A DNA stretch of 64,000 nucleotides from NCBI GenBank assembly GCA_041891055.1, contig CP169074.1, positions 320,001 to 384,000 of the forward strand. The letters run 5' to 3'. A program made the translations under genes and the position numbers. The notes beneath the pieces are model-generated. The model was given only the letters and a program-made list of their open reading frames with translations. It searched no databases and had not been told where the DNA came from. Origin of the DNA: Halorutilales archaeon Cl-col2-1. Its GTDB lineage: Archaea > Halobacteriota > Halobacteria > Halobacteriales > Afararchaeaceae. Shown here piece after piece: positions 1 to 10,703 of the stretch (positions are counted from its first letter, which is position 1; each line of letters begins with the position of its first letter).

Positions 1-229
1 GCACGACTGGTCGAGAACCTCGGAGGTCGTACGTGAGGTCGACGTCCCCGTAGTCCTAGCCGGCGGTCTCAGACCCGGCAACGTCAAGGAGGCAGTCGAA
101 GCCGTCGAGCCCTACGCAGTCGACGTCGCCTCGGGAGTCGAGTCGTCGGACGGAGGTAAGGACGCCCAACTCGTCGAGAGCTTCGTCGCCGAGTCACGGA
201 GTCGGACGGAGGTGGAGACACGTGTCTGA
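1..229 (+). CDS. trpF: Phosphoribosylanthranilate isomerase, C-terminal part (truncated by window edge)
   Basis: Frame from base 2 reads HDWSRTSEVVREVDVPVVLAGGLRPGNVKEAVEAVEPYAVDVASGVE...RV*, with the LAGGL and VDVASGVE TrpF motifs; overlaps the trpE start. Confidence 0.9.
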   Translation, partial: HDWSRTSEVVREVDVPVVLAGGLRPGNVKEAVEAVEPYAVDVASGVESSDGGKDAQLVESFVAESRSRTEVETRV

Positions 230-1823
230 GTTCTTCGACGTCTCTGAGGACGAGTACGTCGAGAGGATCGAGTCAGGCGCGGACGTCGTGAAGCTGTCGG
301 CGGAGGTCGAGACCGACGCGAAGCCCTTGGAGGTCTACTCTGCCCTGAGGGGCGACTACTCTTTCCTCCTCGAAAGCGCCGACAAGAACATATCAGCTCT
401 GAGACAGGTCTCCGACGACGACTCCGGAGCCGACACGGGAGCGAGGTACTCGTTCGTGGGATTCGACCCCGTCGCTGTCGTACGTATAGACGGCAGGTCG
501 GTAGAGGTCGAGAGTCTGTCTGACGTCTCCGATCCGATAACTCCTGACACCGACGTAGTCGAAGACGGTGAGGTGAAAGAGGGACACGATCCCTTGGACG
601 CTCTGAGAGCGGTCGCTCCCGACGTCGAGACTGCGGGCTTCGACGGCGAAGACAGACAGGCTTTCGAGGGAGGTCTGATGGGGTATCTCGCCTACGACGT
701 CGTAGACGAAGTCTGGATAGACGGACGTGACAAGGAGTCGTCGACACCCGACGCCGAGTTCGTCGTCTCGACACACAACGTCGTCTTCGACCACGCCGAG
801 GATCAGGTCTCGGTCGTCTTCACACCACTCGAGACCGACTCGCCGCGACAGAGTTACAGACGTGAGGCGGAGAAGGCACGCGAGGCGGTCTCAGCTATCG
901 AGGAACACGAGCCGCGTTCTCCTCAGGGATTCGAGGTACTCGACTCACGTTCGGGCGGCAGGGACGTCTTCGAAGAGGCAGTCGATGAGACACGTGAACA
1001 TATACTCGACGGCGACATCTACCAGGCTGTCGTGTCACGTCAGCGCGAGATCGACGTGAGAGGCGACATACGTGACTTCTACTCTAAGCTCCGCGAGATA
1101 AACCCGTCCCCGTATATGTATCTCGTCGAGTTCGACGGAAGGAGTGTCGTGGGTTCGAGTCCCGAGACACTCCTGAGCGTCCACGGAGACAGGGTCAAGA
1201 CGAATCCGATAGCAGGAACGTGTCCAAGAGGCGAGACAGCCGTCGAGGACAGGAGGCTCGCGGGTGAGATGCTTTCCGACGAGAAGGAGCTATCCGAACA
1301 CGTCATGCTAGTCGACCTCGGGAGGAACGATGTCAGACGTGTCTCCGAGTCGGGAAGCATAGACGTCGAGGAGTTCATGAGCGTAGTCCAGTACTCCCAC
1401 GTCCAGCACATAGAGTCTACGGTCGCGGGCGATCTACGTGACGGGAAAGACGCATTCGACGCCACGAGGTCGATATTCCCCGCGGGGACGCTGTCGGGGG
1501 CTCCGAAGATACGTGCGATGGAGATAATCGATAGACTGGAGACTTCTCCGAGAGACGTCTACGGAGGAGGTGTCGGATACTACTCATGGACAGGAGATGC
1601 CGACCTCGCAATAGCGATACGTACGGCGACCTTCGAGGAGAGAGAGAACCACGACACGAAGACGATGACAGTCCAGGCGGGGGCTGGTATAGTCGCCGAC
1701 TCCGACCCCGAGAGCGAGTTCGACGAGACCGAGGGTAAGATGGACGCCCTCCTCACTGCACTCGACGACCTGTCGGTGTCTGGGAGCCGAGATAAGACCG
1801 AAACACAGGAGGTGACGAAATGA
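222..1823 (+). CDS. trpE: Anthranilate synthase component I
   Basis: FLLES, GDIYQAVVS, NPSPYMY, PIAGTCPRG, EHVMLVDLGRND and FPAGTLSGAPK motifs; lies between trpF and trpG. Confidence 0.95.
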   Translation: MSEFFDVSEDEYVERIESGADVVKLSAEVETDAKPLEVYSALRGDYSFLLESADKNISALRQVSDDDSGADTGARYSFVGFDPVAVVRIDGRSVEVESLSDVSDPITPDTDVVEDGEVKEGHDPLDALRAVAPDVETAGFDGEDRQAFEGGLMGYLAYDVVDEVWIDGRDKESSTPDAEFVVSTHNVVFDHAEDQVSVVFTPLETDSPRQSYRREAEKAREAVSAIEEHEPRSPQGFEVLDSRSGGRDVFEEAVDETREHILDGDIYQAVVSRQREIDVRGDIRDFYSKLREINPSPYMYLVEFDGRSVVGSSPETLLSVHGDRVKTNPIAGTCPRGETAVEDRRLAGEMLSDEKELSEHVMLVDLGRNDVRRVSESGSIDVEEFMSVVQYSHVQHIESTVAGDLRDGKDAFDATRSIFPAGTLSGAPKIRAMEIIDRLETSPRDVYGGGVGYYSWTGDADLAIAIRTATFEERENHDTKTMTVQAGAGIVADSDPESEFDETEGKMDALLTALDDLSVSGSRDKTETQEVTK

Positions 1824-2407
1824 GAGTCCTCCTAGTCGACAACTTTGACTCGTTCACGTGGAACCTCGTCGACTACGTCTCGGTCGTACTCGACGACGAG
1901 AGCGACGTCTTAGTCGAGAAGAACACCGTCACGGTCGAGGAGGTCGAAGAGATCGACCCCGACGCCGTAATCATATCGCCGGGTCCGGGACATCCCGCGA
2001 AGGAACGTGACATAGGAAACACTGTAGAGATCATACACGAGTTCTCGGACACGCCTATACTCGGAGTATGTCTCGGTCACCAAGCCTTAGCCGAGGCTTA
2101 CGGCGGCGAGGTCGGACGCGCTCCCAAGCCCGTACACGGGAAGTCTTCGGAGATCGACCACGACACCGAGTCAGTCTACGACGGTCTGCCACAGGGATTC
2201 CCAGCGGGACGTTACCATTCTCTGATAGTCAGCCAAGTCCCCGATGTCTTCGAGGTCACCGCCGAGTCGAGGTCGAACGGAATAGTCATGGGAATGCGCC
2301 ACCGCGAGAAGCCCTTAGAAGGCGTTCAGTTCCATCCCGAGAGCGTACTCACCGCACACGGACACGAGATAATAGACAACTTCCTAGAGAAAGCGAGAGA
2401 CGACTAG
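1820..2407 (+). CDS. trpG: Anthranilate synthase component II (class I glutamine amidotransferase)
   Basis: DNFDSFTWNL, ISPGPG, LGVCLGHQ, RYHSL and QFHPES motifs; ATGA overlap with trpE. Confidence 0.95.
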   Translation: MRVLLVDNFDSFTWNLVDYVSVVLDDESDVLVEKNTVTVEEVEEIDPDAVIISPGPGHPAKERDIGNTVEIIHEFSDTPILGVCLGHQALAEAYGGEVGRAPKPVHGKSSEIDHDTESVYDGLPQGFPAGRYHSLIVSQVPDVFEVTAESRSNGIVMGMRHREKPLEGVQFHPESVLTAHGHEIIDNFLEKARDD

Positions 2408-3543
2408 TGGAAGGTCTCGCCGCTTTCTGCCTTCTGTCTCAGGAGGTCGGAGGCTTCGTACCTCTGTGCTCCGTACTCCTCTTCGAGACTGTCTAGCTCC
2501 TCGACGACCTCATCGAGACCGCGTTCGTCGGCGTACTCCATCGGACCCTCGGAGAAAGCCGCGCCGAGCTTCATCGCGGTGTCTATTCTCTCAGGGTCAG
2601 CGACGTTGTTGTCGACGAGCTTCGCGCCCTCGTTTACCGCGATACACATAACACGGAGCGGGTCGACTCCCTCGTCGGGGATCTCGACCTCCTCGTCGTA
2701 GTCGTAGAATCCCTCGCCCGTCTTCCTGCCGAGCTTCTCGTCCTCGACCTTCTGTTCGAGAAGAGGACAAGGCTCGTAGGAGTCGTCTATCTCCTCCTGG
2801 AGGTACTCGAGTATGTCGAGGTTGATGTCGTTGCCTATCTGATCCGAGAGCTCAAATGGTCCCATCGGGAGTCCGAGGTCGTTCTTGACCGCGTCGACCT
2901 CTCCGAGGGACGCCTCGCCTTCCTCGACAGTCCAGCACGCCTCGTTGATGTAGGGTATGAGGAGGCGGTTGACTATGAATCCGGGCGAGTCCTTCGAGAC
3001 CCTAACAGGCGTCTTCCCGAGATCCTCAGCGAGCGCCTCTGTCTTCTCCACCGTCTCGTCGGAGGTGTGGTCTCCACGTATGACCTCGACGAGATCCATT
3101 ATGACGGGAGGGTTGAAGAAATGCATCCCGACGAAGCTCTCGGGTCTGTCGGTAATCTCGCTGAGACGTGTGATCGAGAGCGACGAGGTGTTCGAGGCGA
3201 AGACGGCGTCGTCGGGTGCCTCTTCGTCTGTGGCTCCCCAGACGTCCTGTTTTATCTCCATCTTCTCGGGGACAGCCTCTATTACGTAGTCGGCGTCTCC
3301 GACTGCCTCGCCCATGTCGACGAGGGGTGTTATACGGCTCATGACCTCGTCGGAGTCGTCTATCTTGCCCTTCTCGTCTAAGCTCTCGACGCTGTCCTCG
3401 ACGGCGTCGTAGCCGTTCTGGACGAACTCTTCCTTTATGTCACGTAGGTTGACGTCGTAGCCAGCGAGTGCGGCGACCTCGGCTATTCCGTGTCCCATGG
3501 TTCCGGCTCCGAGAACAGCTATGGTTTCTACGTCTTCTATCAT
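2404..3543 (-). CDS. 3-hydroxyacyl-CoA dehydrogenase family protein
   Basis: GAGTMGHGIA Rossmann motif, EAVPEK, SNTSSL, GMHFFNP, PGFIVNRL, PMGP; start moved to MIEDVET (ATG at 3543). Confidence 0.9.
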   Translation of the reverse strand: MIEDVETIAVLGAGTMGHGIAEVAALAGYDVNLRDIKEEFVQNGYDAVEDSVESLDEKGKIDDSDEVMSRITPLVDMGEAVGDADYVIEAVPEKMEIKQDVWGATDEEAPDDAVFASNTSSLSITRLSEITDRPESFVGMHFFNPPVIMDLVEVIRGDHTSDETVEKTEALAEDLGKTPVRVSKDSPGFIVNRLLIPYINEACWTVEEGEASLGEVDAVKNDLGLPMGPFELSDQIGNDINLDILEYLQEEIDDSYEPCPLLEQKVEDEKLGRKTGEGFYDYDEEVEIPDEGVDPLRVMCIAVNEGAKLVDNNVADPERIDTAMKLGAAFSEGPMEYADERGLDEVVEELDSLEEEYGAQRYEASDLLRQKAESGETFH

Positions 3544-3639
3544 GTAGAATTCGTCGCCTGCTATCTGTTTTAAACTTTCGGAACGGTCGGCGTGATTCAC
3601 GTGACACGGAGGTGTTGACTCGCGGCTCTCCTCCCAAAC

Positions 3640-4340
3640 GGTAGTGTTCAGATAAGATGATTCCAAGCGAAGGCGAACGACTTTAGCCAGTCGTCGGCTG
3701 TCTGAAGGTGAGCGTTGCTGAAGCTGTTTGAGAAGGCTTGCGTACGGCGTTTTAATTCTCTAAAGACGCGTTCTACGGAGTTCCGATTTCCATGTTTAGT
3801 GACCCGAAATCGGAGTGAGTGGTACCGACAAGCATCATGAAGCGACAGGTTACCGTCAACGAGAAACAGACTCTCGTCCAAGTCGTGTTTCTCGATTAGT
3901 TCACTCATGAAATCTTTTGCCGTATAGTGGTTTCTCGTTGGTTGAAGCTTTGTGTGGAGGATGTCGTTAGTGTCAGGATCTACAGCCATGTACAGCCAGT
4001 ACCACCTCCCGTTGAACCGAATCATGGTTTCGTCAACTGCTACCTGATTCGGACTGCCGCCGCTGTCTGGCTGTAGATCGGCTTTATGCACCCAGTTGTG
4101 AATTGTTGAACGCACTCGCTCGACACCCAAGGACTCCAGTACAGAGGCGGTATTCGATAGCGATAATCCAGCCAAATGCATCTGAATACCTACCTTCATC
4201 GCAAATTGGGGTGTCGCTTCTCGTTCCATAAAACCTAATTCGATTGCGTCTATACCTCTACTGAGGCAGGCGTTTTTGGACATGGACACTCTCAAAACGC
4301 CCCGCCTCATCCTTCATTCATTCCTTATCTGAACACCGCC
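3640..4340 (-). mobile_element. IS6-family insertion sequence, apparently intact (~701 bp)
   Basis: 17-bp terminal IRs GGTAGTGTTCAGATAAG (3640-3656) and CTTATCTGAACACCGCC (4324-4340), 15/17 match, enclosing a DDE transposase; no target duplication seen. Confidence 0.9.
3648..4283 (-). CDS. IS6-family DDE transposase
   Basis: RSTIHNWV HTH, VAVDET, WLYMAVDP, FLVDG and NRNSVERVFRELKRRT motifs; stop lies inside the IR; probable start MSKNAC at 4283. Confidence 0.9.
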   Translation of the reverse strand: MSKNACLSRGIDAIELGFMEREATPQFAMKVGIQMHLAGLSLSNTASVLESLGVERVRSTIHNWVHKADLQPDSGGSPNQVAVDETMIRFNGRWYWLYMAVDPDTNDILHTKLQPTRNHYTAKDFMSELIEKHDLDESLFLVDGNLSLHDACRYHSLRFRVTKHGNRNSVERVFRELKRRTQAFSNSFSNAHLQTADDWLKSFAFAWNHLI

Positions 4341-4390
4341 GATAATCCCAACACAAGATATTTATCTGTGTAAATTAATGATAAACCGTG

Positions 4391-4528
4391 ATGTATACTC
4401 CACGCGAGCACAGGCACGGCAATATACTCCTACTTCTCCTCGTAGCCTTTACTGGTGTCGGAGTACTTCTCACGGCTAATCCCGAGAGGGGAGCCGAGAT
4501 ACTCGATGCCATGACCCTCTACGTCTGA
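4391..4528 (+). CDS. Putative 45-aa single-pass membrane protein
   Basis: MYTPREHRHGNILLLLLVAFTGVGVLLTANPERGAEILDAMTLYV*, one hydrophobic segment, AT-rich upstream; below the ORF-track cutoff. Confidence 0.45.
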   Translation: MYTPREHRHGNILLLLLVAFTGVGVLLTANPERGAEILDAMTLYV

Positions 4529-4536
4529 TTTTTCAG

Positions 4537-4550
4537 CGACAGATTTATAA
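4537..4550 (+). promoter_or_regulatory. Candidate BRE/TATA promoter for the release-factor transcript
   Basis: TTTATAA at 4544-4550 preceded by a purine-rich stretch, ~22 nt upstream of an ATG at 4572. Confidence 0.5.
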
Positions 4551-4683
4551 GTTCGAGTTCCTAATATATAAATGTATTCATCAACGACGGTGTTGTCGAC
4601 GGTTAACTACCGAAGACAGTATACGTAACCGTCACGAATAACTGAGTAAGTAACCAGTACGAGAGGTTCATCTGTCACAAAAT

Positions 4684-5733
4684 ATGAAAGCGAAAGAGTA
4701 CGAAAAGAAGAAGGAGTTCGAGAGGCTCTCCGAGATAAAAGGGGGCAACACGGAGTTAGTCTCGCTCTACATCTCTCCGGGTAGCAACATCGCCGACTAC
4801 AGGGACAGGATACGTACCGAGATTTCGGAGGCGGACAACATAAAGAGCAAGGAGACGAGACAGAACGTCAAGTCGGCTCTCCAGTCGATACTCGATGTCC
4901 TCGGCAACTACAGACAGACGCCCGAGAACGGTCTCGTGATATTCTCCTCGAAGGACGAAACTTACGTCTTCGACGACCTCGAAACCCCGATAGACTCGTC
5001 ACGTTACCACTGTGACTCCGAGTTCCTCATAGATCCCTTGGAGACGTCGCTCGACAGCTCGACGACCTATGGTCTCGTCATAATCACGGAGAACGAGGCG
5101 AGCATAGGCGTCTTGGAGGGCAACACAGTGAGGGAGAGGAAGCACATGGAGAGTAACCTCCACGGTAAGCACAAGGCTGGAGGTCAGAGTGCCCAGCGTT
5201 TCGCGCGTGACAGGAGGGAGAAGAAGAAGAGATTCTTCAAGGAGGTCGGAGAAAGTGCGGGTAAGATACTCGACGCCGACGAGATAGACGGCGTGATAGT
5301 CGGAGGAACCGAGATCACGAGAAAGGACTTCCTCGACGACGGATATCTCCACCACGAGCTCGACAAGATGGTCATAGGCAGGTTCGCTGTCTCTTACGCA
5401 GGCGAGAGCGGTCTGAGACAGCTCGCCGACGCCGCCGACGAGGTCATCTCTGAACAGAGAATAAACGAGGAGAAAGAGCTAATCGAACGTTTCTACTCCG
5501 ACCTGCGTGAGGGCAAGAACGCCTATGGTATCGACCGAGTCGAGGATCTCGTCGAACACGGCAGGGTCGAGACACTCCTAATATCGGAGGATGTCGAGGG
5601 AGAAAGATACGAAGAGCTCGCCGAGAAAGCCGACGAGATGGGAGGAGATACCGAGTATATCTCGACTGACTTCGACAAGGGCGAGCAGTTCTACCAGAGC
5701 TTCGGCGGAGTCGGAGCTATTCTGAGATGGTAA
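4684..5733 (+). CDS. Peptide chain release factor aRF1/eRF1 family (short, 349 aa)
   Basis: TELVSLYI, NIKS (DNIKSKETR), YxCxxxF (YHCDSEF), GGQ (HKAGGQSAQRF) and C-terminal FGGVGAILRW. Confidence 0.9.
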   Translation: MKAKEYEKKKEFERLSEIKGGNTELVSLYISPGSNIADYRDRIRTEISEADNIKSKETRQNVKSALQSILDVLGNYRQTPENGLVIFSSKDETYVFDDLETPIDSSRYHCDSEFLIDPLETSLDSSTTYGLVIITENEASIGVLEGNTVRERKHMESNLHGKHKAGGQSAQRFARDRREKKKRFFKEVGESAGKILDADEIDGVIVGGTEITRKDFLDDGYLHHELDKMVIGRFAVSYAGESGLRQLADAADEVISEQRINEEKELIERFYSDLREGKNAYGIDRVEDLVEHGRVETLLISEDVEGERYEELAEKADEMGGDTEYISTDFDKGEQFYQSFGGVGAILRW

Positions 5734-6161
5734 TACGAAAACAGTAGGTCTGACGTATATTCCTTTTCCCCATTCCCCCACGAACAGGTATACGGTGTCA
5801 CCCCTTCTATGCCCTCCCGTTCCCCCTGTGAGAGAGCACATATAATCCGTAGACGCGGTGTCTTAAACCATTAACTATCATTAGGATAGTACCACACGCG
5901 TAGTCGCTGCTTTATCTTCTACAGTAAATCCACTACATATGGACACGTTTCCAATGTATATACTCTATTTACGGAATATAGAATTAAAAGAATCTGAACT
6001 GTAAGGGGATTAAGTACCGTGTATATTTCGGTAAAGCATAAATAAGTAGGTGTATTTGTAGTATATGTGCCGATAAAAAGAAGTATGTATGGTATAGACA
6101 GAACCGAAGTTGATGAAGTAAAGTCTGGACGGACGTCTTTCGAAAATCCTAAGGTGGTAGT

Positions 6162-7490
6162 ATGACGACCGCCGAGGAGGTACTCGAAGAAATAGACGAG
6201 GAGGACGTGGACTTTCTGCGTCTCCAGTTTACGGACATCTTAGGGGTCGTGAAGAACGTCTCGGTACCCGCCGACCAAGCGGAGAAGGCGTTCGAGGAAG
6301 GTATCTGGTTCGACGGATCGTCGGTAGACGGATTCGTGAGGATACAGGAGTCGGACATGCGTCTCGACCCAGATCCCGAGACATTCGCAGTCCTGCCGTG
6401 GAGGGACAAGGACGGCTCGAAGACCGCACGTCTCATCTGTGATGTGACCGACACCGACGGAACACCCTTCGAGGGCGACCCGAGGAACGTCCTCAAACGC
6501 GCCCTCTCGAAGGCTGACGAGATGGGATACGACGTCAACGCGGGTCCAGAGCCCGAGTTCTTCGTCTTCGAGACTGACGACGGAGACCCGACTATGACTC
6601 CCCACGACTCGGGAGGCTACTTCGACCTCGCGCCGAAGGACATGGCGAGTGACCTCCGACGTGACATCATACTCGCTCTCGAAGAGATGGGATTCGACGT
6701 CGAGGCTAGCCACCACGAGGTCGCTGAAGGACAGCACGAGATCGACTTCAAGTACGACGACGGTCTGACCACGGCGGACAACGTCGCTACCTTCCGTTCG
6801 GTCGTGAGGGCGGTCTCGGAGCTAAAGGATCTCCACGCGACCTTCATGCCTAAGCCGATATCCGAGATCAACGGAAGCGGAATGCACACACATCTTTCGC
6901 TCTTTGACGACGATGGAAACGCATTCCACGACCCCGACGACGACTTCAACTTATCTGACACGGCGAAGTCGTTCCTCGCCGGACTTCTCGAACACGCACC
7001 AGCGATCACGGCAGTCACGAATCCGACAGTCAACTCGTACAAACGTCTCGTCCCGGGATACGAGGCTCCCGTCTACGTCGCTTGGAGCGACACCAACCGT
7101 TCGGCTCTGATACGTAAGCCCGCCGCGAGAACTCCCGCAGCGTCACGTATAGAGCTGCGTTCTCCCGATCCGTCGTGTAATCCCTACCTTGCCTTCGCAG
7201 TCATACTCCAGGCGGGACTCGATGGGATCGAGAGAGGTCTCGAAGGTCCTGAGCCGGTGCGCGAAAACATCTATGACTTAGACGAGGACGAGCGCGACGA
7301 GTACGGCATAGACACACTGCCGAGTAACCTCGACGAGGCGATCGACGCGCTCGAAGAAGACGACGTCATACTCGACGCTCTCGGTGACCACGTCGCCGAG
7401 AAGTTCGTCGAGGCGAAGAGAGCCGAGTGGAATGAGTACAAGGCATACGTCTCCGACTGGGAGACGGAGAGGTACTTAGAGAAGTTCTGA
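6162..7490 (+). CDS. glnA: Glutamine synthetase type I
   Basis: [64 protein letters not shown]. Confidence 0.97.
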   Translation: MTTAEEVLEEIDEEDVDFLRLQFTDILGVVKNVSVPADQAEKAFEEGIWFDGSSVDGFVRIQESDMRLDPDPETFAVLPWRDKDGSKTARLICDVTDTDGTPFEGDPRNVLKRALSKADEMGYDVNAGPEPEFFVFETDDGDPTMTPHDSGGYFDLAPKDMASDLRRDIILALEEMGFDVEASHHEVAEGQHEIDFKYDDGLTTADNVATFRSVVRAVSELKDLHATFMPKPISEINGSGMHTHLSLFDDDGNAFHDPDDDFNLSDTAKSFLAGLLEHAPAITAVTNPTVNSYKRLVPGYEAPVYVAWSDTNRSALIRKPAARTPAASRIELRSPDPSCNPYLAFAVILQAGLDGIERGLEGPEPVRENIYDLDEDERDEYGIDTLPSNLDEAIDALEEDDVILDALGDHVAEKFVEAKRAEWNEYKAYVSDWETERYLEKF

Positions 7491-7556
7491 GGTGATTAGA
7501 GAATGATAACTACATCTAAACACGACACAGAAGAAACACAGAGAGAGGTGGCATAG

Positions 7557-9214
<1,658 letters not shown>

Positions 9215-9215
9215 T

Positions 9216-10058
9216 ATGAGAGTGAGCATGAAGGGGAAGTCCGAGACTGAGACAGCCACCGAGTTTGAGACGCGTCTCGATCCCGAAGCCACGACCAACG
9301 AGATAACCTCGTTCATCCGGAGTTACGTAGAGGACGCGGGAGCCGACGGAGTCGTCGTGGGTCTGAGCGGAGGCATAGACTCGACAGTAGCGGCGACAGT
9401 CGCGGTCGAAGCCCTCGGCTCCGAGCGGGTCTTGGGTCTCGTACTACCGACCGAGTCGACGACCGAGTCGAATACCGAGGACGCAGTCGGAGTTGCTGAG
9501 TCACTCGGGATCAACTACGAGATGATTGATCTCCAGCCAGTCGTCGATAGCTTCACGGACGCGATGGGGGGACTCGATGAAGCGGACGACAACGACAAGA
9601 AAGCCGTCGGAAACTCGAAGGCAAGACTCAGGATGGCTTCCCTCTATTACGTCGCCAACGCACGAGACCTACTCGTCCTCGGCACGGGAAACCGAACCGA
9701 GCTACTCCTCGGATACTTCACGAAGTACGGCGACGGAGGTGTCGATCTCCTACCCATCGGCGATCTCTACAAGACCGAGGTGCGTGAGTTAGCGCGCCAC
9801 GTTGGGGTTCCCGACCGGATAGTCGAGAAGACCCCCACAGCGGGTCTGTGGGAGGGTCAGACAGACGAGGCGGAGCTAGGCGCGCCCTACGAGACTGTCG
9901 ACGAGATACTGCGTCTGATGGTCTCGTCGGACGTAGACCTCGATGACTCCGAGATTGCCGAGTCGATCGACACCGATGTCGATACCGAGACGGTCTCGGG
10001 CTTACGTCGGATGTACGAGTCAGCCGAACACAAGAGGACAGTACCCCCTACGCCATAA
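9216..10058 (+). CDS. nadE: NH3-dependent NAD+ synthetase
   Basis: GLSGGIDS, GNSKARLRM, GTGNRTE, GYFTKYGDGG, PIGDLYKTEV, PTAGLWEGQTDE; no glutaminase domain; start at 9216 or 9228. Confidence 0.93.
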   Translation: MRVSMKGKSETETATEFETRLDPEATTNEITSFIRSYVEDAGADGVVVGLSGGIDSTVAATVAVEALGSERVLGLVLPTESTTESNTEDAVGVAESLGINYEMIDLQPVVDSFTDAMGGLDEADDNDKKAVGNSKARLRMASLYYVANARDLLVLGTGNRTELLLGYFTKYGDGGVDLLPIGDLYKTEVRELARHVGVPDRIVEKTPTAGLWEGQTDEAELGAPYETVDEILRLMVSSDVDLDDSEIAESIDTDVDTETVSGLRRMYESAEHKRTVPPTP

Positions 10059-10702
10059 TGGAAATGGAAGAGATAGCCCAGAACCTCTACTTCGTGGAGG
10101 CTGACAAGCCCGGGAGCCACACCTACGTCTTCGAGGGAGAGTCGAGAACCGCCGTCATCGATCCGGGTCTTAGCTCGAACTACGAGAGGGTCGTCTCGGA
10201 GGTCGGAGAGCCCGACATACTCGTGAACACGCACGAGCATTTCGACCACATAGGTGCTAACCCGAGGTTCCAGGACGACTGTCTCGTCGCAGCACACAGG
10301 TACTCCGCCGTCAAGATGGTCACAGGAGACGACGACGTAATGAAGTGCAGAGCGAACGGACAGCCCGAGGAGTACGAGGTCGACCTCTGGCTCGAAAACA
10401 ACGCCTTATTCGACCTGGGTGGTAAGAGGCTCAAGATACTCCACACTCCCGGGCACACATCGGGGTCGCTGTGTGTCTACGACACGTCGACGCGCGCACT
10501 CGTCACTGGCGACACCGTCTACGCATACGGCACAATCTCCGACATCTACAAGTCGGGGAGCTACGGAGAGTACGCCAACTCGCTCCGGCGTCTCAACAAC
10601 TTCAGAGTAGACGTTATATGTCCGGGACACGGACATCTGTCGTATGAGCCCGAGGAGACACTCGAAAAATCGATCACAAAAGCCGAGGAGCGGATAGCTT
10701 AG
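10058..10702 (+). CDS. Metallo-beta-lactamase fold hydrolase
   Basis: THEHFDHIG, HTPGHT, TGD and PGHG motifs. Confidence 0.9.
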   Translation: MEMEEIAQNLYFVEADKPGSHTYVFEGESRTAVIDPGLSSNYERVVSEVGEPDILVNTHEHFDHIGANPRFQDDCLVAAHRYSAVKMVTGDDDVMKCRANGQPEEYEVDLWLENNALFDLGGKRLKILHTPGHTSGSLCVYDTSTRALVTGDTVYAYGTISDIYKSGSYGEYANSLRRLNNFRVDVICPGHGHLSYEPEETLEKSITKAEERIA

Positions 10703-10703
10703 G

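Noticed and set aside
112-774. Long Arg/Ser-rich alternative-frame and antisense ORFs here and throughout the window
   Set aside because: Typical shadow ORFs of GC-rich genes rich in GAC/GAG/GTC codons; the acidic frame carries the recognisable motifs.
4572-4684. RF2-style programmed +1 frameshift joining the uORF to aRF1
   Set aside because: The aRF1 frame has a TAA at 4639-4641 between the uORF stop and the aRF1 start.
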